Notes under the pieces: generated by a model
Told to the model about the DNA's origin: nothing
The model's input: only the letters and a program-made list of their open reading frames with translations
Database searches by the model: none
Made by a program: the position numbers and the translations under genes
Shown: positions 21,203 to 32,790 of the stretch, in pieces
Layout: each line of letters opens with the position of its first letter
Numbering within the stretch: position 1 is the first letter of the stretch
NCBI GenBank assembly: GCA_004764695.1
Contig: SMSO01000036.1
Location: forward strand, 1,302,001 to 1,366,000
Direction of reading: 5' to 3'
Length of the DNA: 64,000 nucleotides
Source: Schizochytrium sp. TIO01
Taxonomy: Eukaryota > Protista > Bigyra: Labyrinthulomycetes

Positions 21203-24199
21203 GTCTTGCTCCTACCTTTCTTCGTCTGCGCTGTGTTAACGTGTTCAATGTTACTTTCGATTTCAAGATTCAGGTTTGCTGCTTGCTGTTGCAAATACAG
21301 ACGAGCAGTGCTCATATTCATCAAGCAAAGAGCACCAACTGCGATGGTCCCTCATATTAAAATATCGCGTTCAAGCGCTGTGCAATTTCGGTTGCTTTTG
21401 GCAAAGCGGCGCAGGCACAAGTCTGCGAGCTGAACTATACCAAAAATCATATCTACGAATAAAAGGACTACTAGGATGCTAAGATCTTCTCACCATAACG
21501 TTTTGAAAGATGCTTTTAAGATGTCCCGAAAGGTTTGCTTCAGCAGTAGTACCGAGTCGAATGCTCGCTTGTGGTACTACCAACTTCCTTGTAAATTATA
21601 CCCTAAGTCAGACATTAGCTTCATTCGGTCCTAGTCTACGTTTTTTGCAATTCATGTTGCGTTGATCAACAGTGCGAGTAGAGGTTCTCGCTGATCTCTC
21701 TGTACGCAATCAGCTCTAGCTAATCCTTCCAGCTTTTGACCCGCTGTGGGAACATCTAACTGGTAGTTTTAACACAGCACAGTCAGCTCCTCGAGGGTTG
21801 CAGTAGATGAATTGAAGAAGGTTCCCATAAATTACTTACTATTGAAGAACCGTGACTGTTGGGGTTCGCTTGTCAAGAAAAACAAAAAGGCGAATTTAAA
21901 GCGTGGATTTCTAAATTTATCTTCAGTAACGCAGAAATCCAAGATCTGCGCCGTTCGAAGTACCGCAGTTGCAGTTTGGCCTATGTCTTTCTAACAGTTA
22001 GAATTTACTTTTATTAATCGCTAGCTTGTAGAACATAAAGAGTCAGCTTGGCAAAGCTCACTTCAATTCGGAAATGGTTATCTCTCCTCACTTACTATGC
22101 ACAGACAGCTAGTGGAGATGACAATACCGCAAGATACAAATTCGGTATAGTAGCACTACCATTTTGAGGTCTCAGGGACTAAAAACGATCTCCGCGAAGA
22201 AAAATTCTCTGGTTCTTTAGTACGATTTTCTGAGGGTGCTAGTGGACCAATAATAATAGTAATAACAGTTGTTCGTACTAGCTAGCTAGCTGTTCCATGC
22301 AGTTGACCTACGAGTTGACATATCATCCAATTGTTATTGATGGACCTGTGGGTTTACAATGCTTTAAGTTGCTCCAACAAGCGTGCTTGAGTAGACATGC
22401 AATGCTGACAATAGAATTAATAGTACTGTAAAGAAGTTCAAGTCCATTAACTGAGCCAAAGAACCTACAAAGGCCTTTGGAAGTATTCCCATACCTACTA
22501 GGATGTAAGACGCAAAAATAGATAAGAAGAATGCTTGAAAAAAAACAAAAACAAAAAACTTATTTAAGCTTGTGGATACAGCACTTGCATTGATTGGAGA
22601 TAGTTAAAGGTGGAGGGAAGTTTTGCGATAATAGACACGTATCAGAAATGTATAGGGTAGTTGCATGTTGAGAAATTAGTTCATCCCTAAAGTATTAAAA
22701 CAGATAGTTACAACTGTGTATCTCAATGTCTGTTGCGAGAAAACTTTTTGCAAAATAATAATCAACAAATGGGTTACCTGTTGTGAATTTTGTCAAGAAT
22801 TATGCTCTATTGTAGTCACGTTGGACACGATTAAGAATTGATGTTTGAGCTGTTTGATATACTTGTCACTTTTCCTGTCATTCTTAAGCCGCGAAAACAA
22901 TCAGACAGGTAAGCCGAATGAAAGTGTGTCCTCCCCATTAATGGAGCCTATATACTTCTTGTTCAAACCTCCCCAAAGATGACGGTGTCTGCAGCAACCT
23001 GCCGTAAGCTTGTTTTTTTTTTTTTCGCTGAAATTCTTTCGCGTGATCAAACTCTATGAAAGCGCTTCAACGATTTCTCATTTCTTCGAACATCAACACT
23101 CTCTCAACTTAGGTAAACGACATGATATGAAGCTGTTTGGGATTTCTTATTCCTTTGCTAGGCTTCGAACAATTTTGCTCGCGCTTTTGCTTTGAGCTAG
23201 GCAAGCCTTCTCATCGCCGCAATGCTCACCTACTGATGTCCCTCGCGAAAGCTTATTATTTTTCTGTGCGTATATGTTGATGAAGAGAGTAGCATATTTA
23301 AAGATAGTTTGGATCAAGCATTTAATCAGGCATTGCATATGTTACTGTCTTCCGTCCGTCCGGGAGTTGCCGTAACAAGCTCCAAATGTTGATCTTCTAC
23401 AGGAGACAGTTTATAAACTGTCTCGTTCCCTGATTGATCGAGACGCAATCGGGGGAACGAAGTTAAGGCTAGCCGCGGAAAAGTGGAGGGGAAGAGGATG
23501 CGTGCGGAGAGCGCAGTCGCAACTCTTTGAGAAAACTTAAACTGGTGAGTGAGTTAAGCTAAAGCGGAGACTAAAGGAGCCTTGCTAGGTGTGAGCTTGG
23601 TGAGACTCTGGTGGCTGTGAATAGCCGGAGGTTATGGGTATGCTTGGGTAGGTGTGTAGGTTTCTTGTTGCACGGTAGCGTGCACGATAACCTGTTGTGC
23701 GATAGCGTGCACAGTAAGAGGAAATCTTTTATCGGTAAAAATTTTCGATAAAAGGAAAATTTCTTTTTAACTTTTCTTTTAAGCGAAAAGTAAAAGAAAT
23801 TGTGGATTGAAAGTTTTCTCTGGTTTTTCTTGATATGGAATATGAGGCGAATCCATTCATTAGACAACTTGTATGGAAATAGCCTAGAGAGCCAGGACAA
23901 AATATATATATTTTTTTATTTTTTTTAATGCATGGAATCACCAACCGACCTTCAGCTTCTCCAGCAGTATGCTTTGATCTATATTGGCAAACTCTCTTGC
24001 ATTTTAGCTCTACCATCGCGAAGTAAGCTTTACAACTCATGCCATAACGACTTGTTTGCAATATCTTAGTGGTTTGGTACAAGTGCTTACAGATTGACCT
24101 CATCCAAACTGTGAGACATTGTCTGCTCCAGCTCGGACTATTCCGCCAGATACATAGAACGAACAATCTTCACGCTGGGAATTTATTGTGCGAAAACGT

Positions 24200-25073
24200 T
24201 CGCAGCGCTTGGGGGGAACTATCCATATCACTTATCAACCTGACAGTCTTTGGAAACAATTTAAATAAATAAAAAACTTCAACTCTCTTCAGGCTTTTAT
24301 AGCGATTGTTAGAAAATGGTGCGCGGCGTGCACAAAATCCCATAATAGATCAATAGCAAAAACAGTGCTTCAAACAGTTTCTCCGAGCAGGAATGGGATC
24401 GATTAAAGATTACGTTATATATCTAAGGAAAGATAGTAGAAGTGAGGCTTTAACAGGTTTGCTCAGGAGCGAGTGAGCGAGTTCAGAAGCGCGCTAGCGC
24501 GGATTAAAATTACATGCAAGCCCCAACTCGCATAAGTGGAATAGGCAATAACACGTTGGAAATACTATGCTTTAAAGATCGGAAACAATTTGAAGTGAGG
24601 TTCTGCCAAGGATCGCTTTGGGCGATGTCGCTTGTATATCTAGCACATAATTCTGTTACTATTACCACTTTCGTATCAATGGCGTCAACAAAAGATATGA
24701 TAATTAATGAAACGTGGTGAGGATTGCTTAGAAGAGATTGAAGAACTGTCTGAGATTCTAGTAATTGTCACTTATCTTACTGAATGTATTTGGGTGGATT
24801 CGAGGTATTCCGGATCTCGACACAGGATCGGGGCAGAGGCAGGATTTGGGTTAGTGAAATACCAAACAAAAGAAACTGCCAGCAGACCCAGTCTTCGATT
24901 TTTTAATATAATTTGCTTACGTCTCTGCAATTAACCACTTTCACTGCCTAACCACCCGCAAGCTCCGGGAAGGAACTTTCAGATTTACCCGAGAAGGCTG
25001 GCTCATTCACCGAATTTTATTTAAAGGTAGGCCCGTACACCCCTTTAGTTGAATCCTCTTCAAAATACGTCAT
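24200..25073 (-). pseudogene. Decayed protein-kinase-like remnant downstream of the ARM array
   Basis: Minus frame reads MTYFEEDSTKGVYGPTFK*...GG*AVKVVNCRD, then a putative intron 24920-24780 (GTAAGC..CACTAAC..CAG), then *DK*QLLESQTVLQSLLSNPHHVSLIIISFVDAIDTKVVIVTELCARYTS. An HRDIKPE-like AATCGCTATAAAAGCCTGAA lies near 24307-24288. Multiple stops. Confidence 0.5.
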
Positions 25074-25101
25074 TGATTACCAAATTCATTGAAAGTATAG
25101 C

Positions 25102-28100
25102 TCAAGAGCGCACTATACGCCTTCTTTTGTACGTTTGATCTGCCCTGTAGTTGCGTATGGCATCAACGATGTCTGCGCCAGCATTGAGTTCTTGACATAA
25201 AAGCTCGCATTCTCTAATACTATGCATGGCGAGGCTCAGAAGCGCACTACATGCCTTTTGTTGTACAACAGCATCTTCTTGGTGCCTACGCATGGCATTA
25301 ATAATATCTGCACCGGCATTCAGATCATTACGAAGAATGATACAGTTAAGACCATTATTGCAAGTTAAGCCCATAAGTGCACCGCATGCATTTTGTTGAA
25401 TAATTTTATCTTCAGGGTGATTGCGCATGGTCTGAGCAATGGCCGCACCAGCCCTGTCAATTTCACAAAGATTCTTACAATTACTAGGACTGTTGCAACT
25501 TAAGTTCATAAGCAACACGCAAGCCTCTCGTTGCAAGGTAATATCTAAGCGGTGCCTATACATGGCCTGAACAATGGCGTTGCCAGCGTTGAGATTTTGA
25601 CAAAGAATCTCACGATTGCGAGTATTGCCTGCAGTAAAATTTATCAGTGCGCCAAACGCTTTCAGTTGTAGAATTACATCGCCAGGGTGCATGCGCATGG
25701 CATTAACAATGACTGCACCAGCATTGAGATCTTGACAAAGAATCTTTCGATTACGAGTATTACTGCAAGTTAAGCCCATAAGTGCACCACATGCATTTTG
25801 TTGAATAATTTTATCTTCAGGGTGATTGCGCATGGTCTGAGCAATGGCCGCACCAGCCCTGTTAATTTCACAAAGAATCTTACAATTACTAGGACTGTTG
25901 CAACTTAAGTTCGTAAGCAACATGCACGCCTCTCGTTGCAAAGTAATATCTAAGCGGTGCCTATACATGGCCTGAACAATGGCGTTGCCAGCGTTGAGAT
26001 TTTGACAAAGAATCTCACAATTGCGAGTATTGCCTGCAGTAAAATTTATCAGTGCGCCAAACGCTTTCAGTTGTAGAATTACATTGTCGGGGTGTATGCC
26101 CATGGCGTTAACAATGGCTTTACCAGCGCCAAGAAATTGACAAAGAATCTCACGATTACAAGCATTATTGTGGGATAAATGCATCAGCTTATCAAACAAG
26201 TTTTGTTGCAGAGTAGTATCGAAGTCATCCTTGTGCATGGCCTTAACTATTTCTGCACCAGTATTAACTTCTCGACAAAATGTCTCACAATCAACAAGAT
26301 TTCCAAAAGTAAAGCTTGAAATTGCGCCATGAGCTTTCTCTAGGAGACTGACATCTCTAGGGTGATTGCACATGGCCTGGACAATGGCTGTGCCAGCTTT
26401 AAGCTCAAGATGAAGATTCTCATGGTTCCAAGCATCACTGCGAGCAAAGTCCATAAGCGCACCACATGCAATTTGTTGAATACGATCATCCCAAGGGTGG
26501 TTTTGCATGGCCTCAACAATGTCTGCACCAGCATTGAGATCTCCACAAAGGAAGTTACAATTACGAACATTATTGCGAGCGAAATCCACCAGCGCAATAC
26601 ACGCGTTCTGTTGCAGAGTCAAATCTTCAGGGTACTTGCGCATGGTCGCAACGATGGCTTTTCCAGCCCCGAGATCTTGACAAAGAATCTCACGATTACG
26701 ATCATTACTGTAAGTCAATATCATAAACACACCGCAAGCACTTTGTTGAATAAGTTTATCTCCAGGATGATTTCGCATGGCCTTAACGACGGCCTCTCCA
26801 GCCTTGAGCTCTTGCTTAATAAACTGGACATCAAAAGCACCGTTGCAAGTTAATTTCATAAGCAACATGTACGCCTCGTCTTGCAATGTACGGTGCGTGC
26901 GCATGGCTTCAAAAATGTATTTTCCAGCTTGGGTATATTCACGAAGAATCTCACAATTATGAGCATTTCCTGTAGCAAGGCTTGACAGCACACGACACGC
27001 GTGCATTTGTAGAGTAACAGCTCGACGGTGCTCACGCATGGCCGCAACGATGGCTGCACCGGCGTTAACATCTTGACAAAGAATCTCACAATTACGAGCA
27101 TGTTCTGTAGCAAGGCTTGACAGCACATGACACGCGTCCTGTTGTAGAGTAACATCTTGTAGATGGTTGCGCATGGCCGCAACGATGGCTGCACCAGCGT
27201 TGCAATCTTGACAAAGAATCTTACAGTTACGAGCATTTCCTGTAGCAAGGCCTGACAGCATACGACACGCGTGCTTTTGTAGAGTAACATCTTGTAGGTG
27301 CTCGCGCATGGCCGCAACAATGGCTTCACCGGCGTTGAGATCTCCACAAAGGAGATTACAATTACGAGGATTTCCTGTAGCAAGGCTTGAAAGCACACGA
27401 CACGCGTCCTGTTGTAGAGTAACATCTTGTAGATGGTTGCGCATGGTTGTAATAATGGTTACAGCAGCGTTGCAGTCTTGACAAAGGGTCTCACAGTTAC
27501 GAGCATTTTCATTAGTCAACTTTGAAAGCAAACTACAAGCGTTCTTTTGTAGAGTAACATCTTGTGGATGCTCGCGCATGGCCGCAACAATGGCTGCACC
27601 GGCGTTGAGATCTTCACAAAGGAAGTTACAATTACGAACACTACTGTGAGCAAACTTCATCAGCGCAATACACGCGTTCTGTTGCAGAGTCGCATCTTGA
27701 GGGTACTTGCGCATGGCCGCAACGATGGCTTTTCCAGCCCCGAGATCTTGACAAAGAATCTCACGATTACGATCATTACTGTAAGTCAATATCATAAACA
27801 CACCGCAAGCACTTTGTTGAATAAGTTTATCTCCAGGATGATTTCGCATGGCCTTAACGACGGCCTCTCCAGCCTTGAGCTCTTGCTTAATAAACTGGAC
27901 ATCAAAAGCACCGTTGCAAGTTAATTTCATAAGCAACATGTACGCCTCGTCTTGCAATGTACGGTGCGTGCGCATGGCTTCAAAAATGTATTTTCCAGCT
28001 TGGGTATATTCACGAAGAATCTCACAATTATGAGCATTTCCTGTAGCAAGGCTTGACAGCACACGACACGCGTGCATTTGTAGAGTAACAGCTCGACGGT

Positions 28101-31100
28101 GCTCACGCATGGCCGCAACGATGGCTGCACCAGCGTTGAGATCTTGACAAAGAATCTCACAATAATGATCGTTTTCTATAGTAAACTTTGAAAGCAAACT
28201 ACAAGCGTTCTTTTGTAGAGTAACATCTTGACGGTGCTCGCGCATGGCCGCAACAATGGCTTCACCGGCGTTGAGATCTTCACAAAGGAAGTTACAATTA
28301 CGAACACTACTGTGAGCAAACTTCATCAGCGCAATACACGCGTTCTGTTGCAGAGTCGCATCTTGAGGGTACTTGCGCATGGCCGCAACGATGGCTTTTC
28401 CAGCCCCGAGATCTTGACAAAGAATCTCACGATTACGGGCCTTACTGTAAGTCAATATCATAAACACACCGCAAGCACTTTGTTGAATAAGGTTATCTCC
28501 AGGATGATTTCGCATGGCCTTAACGACGGCCTCACCGGCCTTGAGCTCTTGCTTAATAAACTGGACATCAAAAGCACCGTTGCAAGTTAATTTCATAAGC
28601 AACATGTACGCCTCGTCTTGCAATGTATAGTGTATGCGCATGGCTTCAAAAATGTATTTTCCAGCTTGGGTATATTCGCGAAGAATCTCACAATTACGAG
28701 CATTTTCAATAGTCAACTTTGAAAGCAAACTACAAGCGTTCTTTTGTAGAGTAACATCTTGTGGATGCTCGCGCATGGCCGCAACAATGGCTGCACCGGC
28801 GTTGAGATCTTCACAAAGGAAGTTACAATTACGAACACTACTGTGAGCAAACTTCATCAGCGCAATACACGCGTTCTGTTGCAGAGTCGCATCTTGAGGG
28901 TACTTGCGCATGGCCGCAACGATGGCTTTTCCAGCCCCGAGATCTTGACAAAGAATCTCACGATTACGGGCCTTACTGTAAGTCAATATCATAAACACAC
29001 CGCAAGCACTTTGTTGAATAAGTTTATCTCCAGGATGATTTCGCATGGCCTTAACGACGGCCTCACCGGCCTTGAGCTCTTGCTTAATAAACTGGACATC
29101 AAAAGCACCGTTGCAAGTTAATTTCATAAGCAACATGTACGCCTCGTCTTGCAATGTATAGTGTATGCGCATGGCTTCAAAAATGTATTTTCCAGCTTGG
29201 GTATATTCGCGAAGAATCTCACAATTACGAGCATTGCTTGTAGCAAGGCTTGACAGCACACGACACGCGTGCTTTTGTAGAGTAACAGCTCGACTGTGCT
29301 GGCGCATGGCCGCAACGATCTCTGCACCAGCGTTGCAATCTTGACAAAGAATCTCACAATTACGAGCATTTTCTGTAGCAAGGCTTGACAGCACACGACA
29401 CGCGTCCTGTTGTAGAGTAAGATCTTTTAGATGGTTGCGCATGGCCGCAACGATGGCTGCACCAGCGTTGCAATCTTGACAAAGAATCTTACAGTTACGA
29501 GCATTTCCTGTAGCAAGGCCTGACAGCACACGACACGCGTGCTTTTGTAGAGTAACAGCTCGACTGTGCTGGCGCATGGCCGCAACGATCTCTGCACCAG
29601 CGTTGCAATCTTGACAAAGAATCTCACAATTGCGAGCATTTCTTGTAGCAAGGCTTGACAGCACACGACACGCGTCCTGTTGTAGTGTAACATATTGACG
29701 GTACTTGCGCATGGCCGCAACGATGGCTTTTCCAGCCCCGAGATCTTGACAAAGAATCTCACGATTACGATCATTTTCTGTAGCAAGGCTTGACAGCACA
29801 TGAAACGCGTCCTGTTGTAGAGTAACATCTTGTAGATGGTTGCGCATGGCCGCAACGATGGCTGCACCGGCGTTAACATCTTGACAAAGAATCTTACAGT
29901 TCTGAGCATTTTTGGTAGAAAGGCCTGACAGCACACCACACGCGTGCTTTTGTAGAGTAACATCTTGTAGGTGCTCACGCATGGCCACAACGATGGCTTC
30001 ACCGGCGTTGAGATCTCCACAAAGGATGTTACAATTACGAACACTACTGCGGGCAAACTTCATCAGCGCAATACACGCGTTCTGTTGCAGAGCCGCATCT
30101 TGAGGGTGCTTGCGCATGGCCGCAACGATGGCTTTTCCAGCCCCGAGATCTTGACAAAGAATCTCACGATTACGATCATTACTGTAAGGCCATATCATAA
30201 ACACACCGCAAGCACTTTGTTGAATAAGGTTATCTCCAGGATGATTTCGCATGGCTTGAACGACGGCCTCACCGGCCTGAAGCTCTTGCTTAATAAACTG
30301 GACATCAAAAGCACCGTTGCAAGTTAATTTCATAAGCAACAGGTACGCCTCGTCTCGCAATGTATAGAACATGTGCTTGGCTTCAAAAATGTATTTTCCA
30401 GCTTTGGTATATTCGCGAAGAATCTCACAATTACGAGCATTTTCTGTAGCAAGGCTTGACAGCACACGACACGCGTCCTGTTGTAGAGTAGCATCTTGAC
30501 GGTGCTCGCGTATGGCCGCAATAATGATTACAGCAGCGTTGCAGTCTTGACAAAGAATCTCACGATTACGAGCATTTCCTGTAGCAAGGCTTGACAGCAC
30601 ACGACACGCGTCCTGTTGTAGAGTAACATCTTGACGGTGCTGGCGCATGGCTGCAACGATCTCTGCACCAGCGTTGCAATCTTGACAAAGAATCTCACAA
30701 TTACGAGCATTTTCTGTAGCAAGGCTTGACAGCACACGACACGCGTCCTGTTGTAGAGTAACATCTTGACGGTGCTGGCGCATGGCTGCAACGATCTCTG
30801 CACCAGCGTTGCAGTCTTGACAAAGAATCTCACGATTAGGAGCATTTCCTGTAGCAAAGCTTGAAAGCACACGACACGCGTTCTTTTGTAGAGTAACATC
30901 TTGTAGGTGCTCGCGCATAGCCACAATGATGGCTGCACCAGCGTTGAGTTCTTGGCAAAGAATCTCACAATTACGAGCCTTTCCTATAGTAAAGTCTGAG
31001 CGCAAGCTATACGTGTGCTTTTGTAGACTAATCTCTTGTAGGTGCTCGCGCATGGCCGCAACAATGGCTTCACTGTCGTTGAGATCTCCACAAAGGAGAT

Positions 31101-32790
31101 TACAATTACGAACACTACTGTGGGCAAACTTCATCAGCGCAATACACGCGTCCTGTTGCAGAGTAACATCTTGAGGGTAGTTGAGCATGGCCGCAACGAT
31201 GGCTTTTCCAGCCCCGAGATCTTGACAAAGAATCTCACGATTACGGGCCTTACTGTAAGTCAAGGTCATTAACACACCGCATGCACATTTTTGAATAAGG
31301 TTATCTCCAGGATGATTTCGCATGGCCTTAACGACGGCCTCACCGGCCTTGAGCTCTTGCCTAATAAACTGGACATCAAAAGCACCGTTGCAAGTTAATT
31401 TCACAAGCAACATGTACGCCTCGTCTTGCAATGTACGGTGCATGCGCATGGCTTCAAAAATGTATTTTCCAGCTTTGGTATATTCGCGAAGAATGTCACA
31501 ATTACGAGCATTGCTTGTAGCAAGGATTGACAGCACACGACACGCGTCCTGTTGTAGAGTAAGATCTTGTAGATGGTTGCGCATGGCCGCAACAATGGCT
31601 TCACTGGCGTTGAGATCTCCACAAAGGAGATTACAATTACAAACACTACTGTGGGCAAACTTCATCAGCGCAATACACGCGTCCTGTTGCAGAGTAACAT
31701 CTTGAGGGTACTTGCGCATGGCCGCAACGATGGCTTTTCCAGCCCCGAGATCTTGACAAAGAATCTCACGATTACGGGCCTTACTGTAAGTCAAGGTCAT
31801 TAACACACCGCATGCACATTTTTGAATAAGGTTATCTCCAGGATGATTTCGCATGGCCTTAACGACGGCCTCACCGGCCTTGAGCTCTTGCCTAATAAAC
31901 TGGACATCAAAAGCACCGTTGCAAGTTAATTTCATAAGCAACATGTACGCCTCGTCTTGCAATGTACGGTGCATGCGCATGGCTTCAAAAATGTATTTTC
32001 CAGCTTTGGTATATTCGCGAAGAATCTCACAATTACGAGCATTGCTTGTAGCAAGGATTGACAGCACACGACACGCGTCCTGTTGTAGAGTAACATCTTG
32101 TAGATGGTTGCGCATGGCCGCAACGATGGCTGCACCAGCGTTGCAATCTTGACAAAGAATCTTACAGTTACGAGCATTTTCTGTAGCAAGGCTTGACAGC
32201 ACACGACACGCGTGCTTTTGTAGAGTAACATCTTGTAGGTGCTCGCGCATGGCCGCAACGATGGCTTCACCGGCGTTGAGATCTCCACAAAGGAGGTTAC
32301 AAATACGAACACTACTGCGGGCAAACTTCATCAGCGCAATACACGCGTGCTTTTGTAGAGTAACATCTTGACGGTGCTCGCGCATGGCCGCAATAATGGT
32401 TACAGCAGCGTTGCAGTCTTGACAAAGAATCTTACAATTACGAGCATTTCTTGTAGCAAGGCTTGACAGGACACGACACGCGGGCCTTTGTAGAGTAACA
32501 TCTTGTAGATGGTTGCGCATGGCCGCAAGGATGGCTGCACCAGCGTTGAGATCTTGACAAAGAATCTCACAATAATGATCGTTTTCTATAGTAAACTTTG
32601 AAAGCAAACTACAAGCGTTCTTTTGTAGAGTAACATCTTGTAGGTGCTCGCGCATGGCCGCAACAATGGCTGCACCGGCGTTGAGATCTCCACAAAGGAG
32701 ATTACAATTACGAGAATTTCCTATAGTAAAGCTTGACATCACACGACACGCATTCTGTTGCAGAGTAACATCTTGACGGCGCTTGCGCAT
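25102..32790 (-). CDS. Giant Cys-rich armadillo-like tandem-repeat protein (2562-aa open frame; possibly the core of a disrupted gene)
   Basis: ~57 units of 45 aa (one subtype 42 aa). Consensus AMRxHxQDVTLQxxACRVLSSLATxNARNCxILCQDxNAGAAIVA matches the ARM pattern (V..M..H.....VQ..AC.AL.NL......N...I...GG...I). In-frame TGA 29 codons upstream and an apparent 1-nt deletion in the last repeat. Confidence 0.85.
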   Translation of the reverse strand: MRKRRQDVTLQQNACRVMSSFTIGNSRNCNLLCGDLNAGAAIVAAMREHLQDVTLQKNACSLLSKFTIENDHYCEILCQDLNAGAAILAAMRNHLQDVTLQRPACRVLSSLATRNARNCKILCQDCNAAVTIIAAMREHRQDVTLQKHACIALMKFARSSVRICNLLCGDLNAGEAIVAAMREHLQDVTLQKHACRVLSSLATENARNCKILCQDCNAGAAIVAAMRNHLQDVTLQQDACRVLSILATSNARNCEILREYTKAGKYIFEAMRMHRTLQDEAYMLLMKLTCNGAFDVQFIRQELKAGEAVVKAMRNHPGDNLIQKCACGVLMTLTYSKARNREILCQDLGAGKAIVAAMRKYPQDVTLQQDACIALMKFAHSSVCNCNLLCGDLNASEAIVAAMRNHLQDLTLQQDACRVLSILATSNARNCDILREYTKAGKYIFEAMRMHRTLQDEAYMLLVKLTCNGAFDVQFIRQELKAGEAVVKAMRNHPGDNLIQKCACGVLMTLTYSKARNREILCQDLGAGKAIVAAMLNYPQDVTLQQDACIALMKFAHSSVRNCNLLCGDLNDSEAIVAAMREHLQEISLQKHTYSLRSDFTIGKARNCEILCQELNAGAAIIVAMREHLQDVTLQKNACRVLSSFATGNAPNREILCQDCNAGAEIVAAMRQHRQDVTLQQDACRVLSSLATENARNCEILCQDCNAGAEIVAAMRQHRQDVTLQQDACRVLSSLATGNARNREILCQDCNAAVIIIAAIREHRQDATLQQDACRVLSSLATENARNCEILREYTKAGKYIFEAKHMFYTLRDEAYLLLMKLTCNGAFDVQFIKQELQAGEAVVQAMRNHPGDNLIQQSACGVFMIWPYSNDRNREILCQDLGAGKAIVAAMRKHPQDAALQQNACIALMKFARSSVRNCNILCGDLNAGEAIVVAMREHLQDVTLQKHACGVLSGLSTKNAQNCKILCQDVNAGAAIVAAMRNHLQDVTLQQDAFHVLSSLATENDRNREILCQDLGAGKAIVAAMRKYRQYVTLQQDACRVLSSLATRNARNCEILCQDCNAGAEIVAAMRQHSRAVTLQKHACRVLSGLATGNARNCKILCQDCNAGAAIVAAMRNHLKDLTLQQDACRVLSSLATENARNCEILCQDCNAGAEIVAAMRQHSRAVTLQKHACRVLSSLATSNARNCEILREYTQAGKYIFEAMRIHYTLQDEAYMLLMKLTCNGAFDVQFIKQELKAGEAVVKAMRNHPGDKLIQQSACGVFMILTYSKARNREILCQDLGAGKAIVAAMRKYPQDATLQQNACIALMKFAHSSVRNCNFLCEDLNAGAAIVAAMREHPQDVTLQKNACSLLSKLTIENARNCEILREYTQAGKYIFEAMRIHYTLQDEAYMLLMKLTCNGAFDVQFIKQELKAGEAVVKAMRNHPGDNLIQQSACGVFMILTYSKARNREILCQDLGAGKAIVAAMRKYPQDATLQQNACIALMKFAHSSVRNCNFLCEDLNAGEAIVAAMREHRQDVTLQKNACSLLSKFTIENDHYCEILCQDLNAGAAIVAAMREHRRAVTLQMHACRVLSSLATGNAHNCEILREYTQAGKYIFEAMRTHRTLQDEAYMLLMKLTCNGAFDVQFIKQELKAGEAVVKAMRNHPGDKLIQQSACGVFMILTYSNDRNREILCQDLGAGKAIVAAMRKYPQDATLQQNACIALMKFAHSSVRNCNFLCEDLNAGAAIVAAMREHPQDVTLQKNACSLLSKLTNENARNCETLCQDCNAAVTIITTMRNHLQDVTLQQDACRVLSSLATGNPRNCNLLCGDLNAGEAIVAAMREHLQDVTLQKHACRMLSGLATGNARNCKILCQDCNAGAAIVAAMRNHLQDVTLQQDACHVLSSLATEHARNCEILCQDVNAGAAIVAAMREHRRAVTLQMHACRVLSSLATGNAHNCEILREYTQAGKYIFEAMRTHRTLQDEAYMLLMKLTCNGAFDVQFIKQELKAGEAVVKAMRNHPGDKLIQQSACGVFMILTYSNDRNREILCQDLGAGKAIVATMRKYPEDLTLQQNACIALVDFARNNVRNCNFLCGDLNAGADIVEAMQNHPWDDRIQQIACGALMDFARSDAWNHENLHLELKAGTAIVQAMCNHPRDVSLLEKAHGAISSFTFGNLVDCETFCREVNTGAEIVKAMHKDDFDTTLQQNLFDKLMHLSHNNACNREILCQFLGAGKAIVNAMGIHPDNVILQLKAFGALINFTAGNTRNCEILCQNLNAGNAIVQAMYRHRLDITLQREACMLLTNLSCNSPSNCKILCEINRAGAAIAQTMRNHPEDKIIQQNACGALMGLTCSNTRNRKILCQDLNAGAVIVNAMRMHPGDVILQLKAFGALINFTAGNTRNREILCQNLNAGNAIVQAMYRHRLDITLQREACVLLMNLSCNSPSNCKNLCEIDRAGAAIAQTMRNHPEDKIIQQNACGALMGLTCNNGLNCIILRNDLNAGADIINAMRRHQEDAVVQQKACSALLSLAMHSIRECELLCQELNAGADIVDAIRNYRADQTYKRRRIVRS
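25140..32790. repeat. 135-bp tandem array with 531-bp and 405-bp higher-order units
   Basis: Near-identical blocks offset by 531 bp (28228/28759; 31042/31573) and 1071 bp (26777/27848), plus a 405-bp triplet duplicated at the C-terminal end (~25290-26100). Confidence 0.93.

Noticed and set aside
22500-23600. KEN ribonuclease domain following the kinase remnant
   Set aside because: Minus-strand translations gave no convincing RNxxHH motif, so it cannot be supported without a profile search.
26340-32324. Many repeated alternative-frame and antisense ORFs within the ARM array
   Set aside because: They are shadows of the periodic coding sequence.
25140-32790. CRISPR-like or non-coding satellite interpretation of the array
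   Set aside because: There are no unique spacers or cas genes. Unit lengths are multiples of three and one frame is open throughout.
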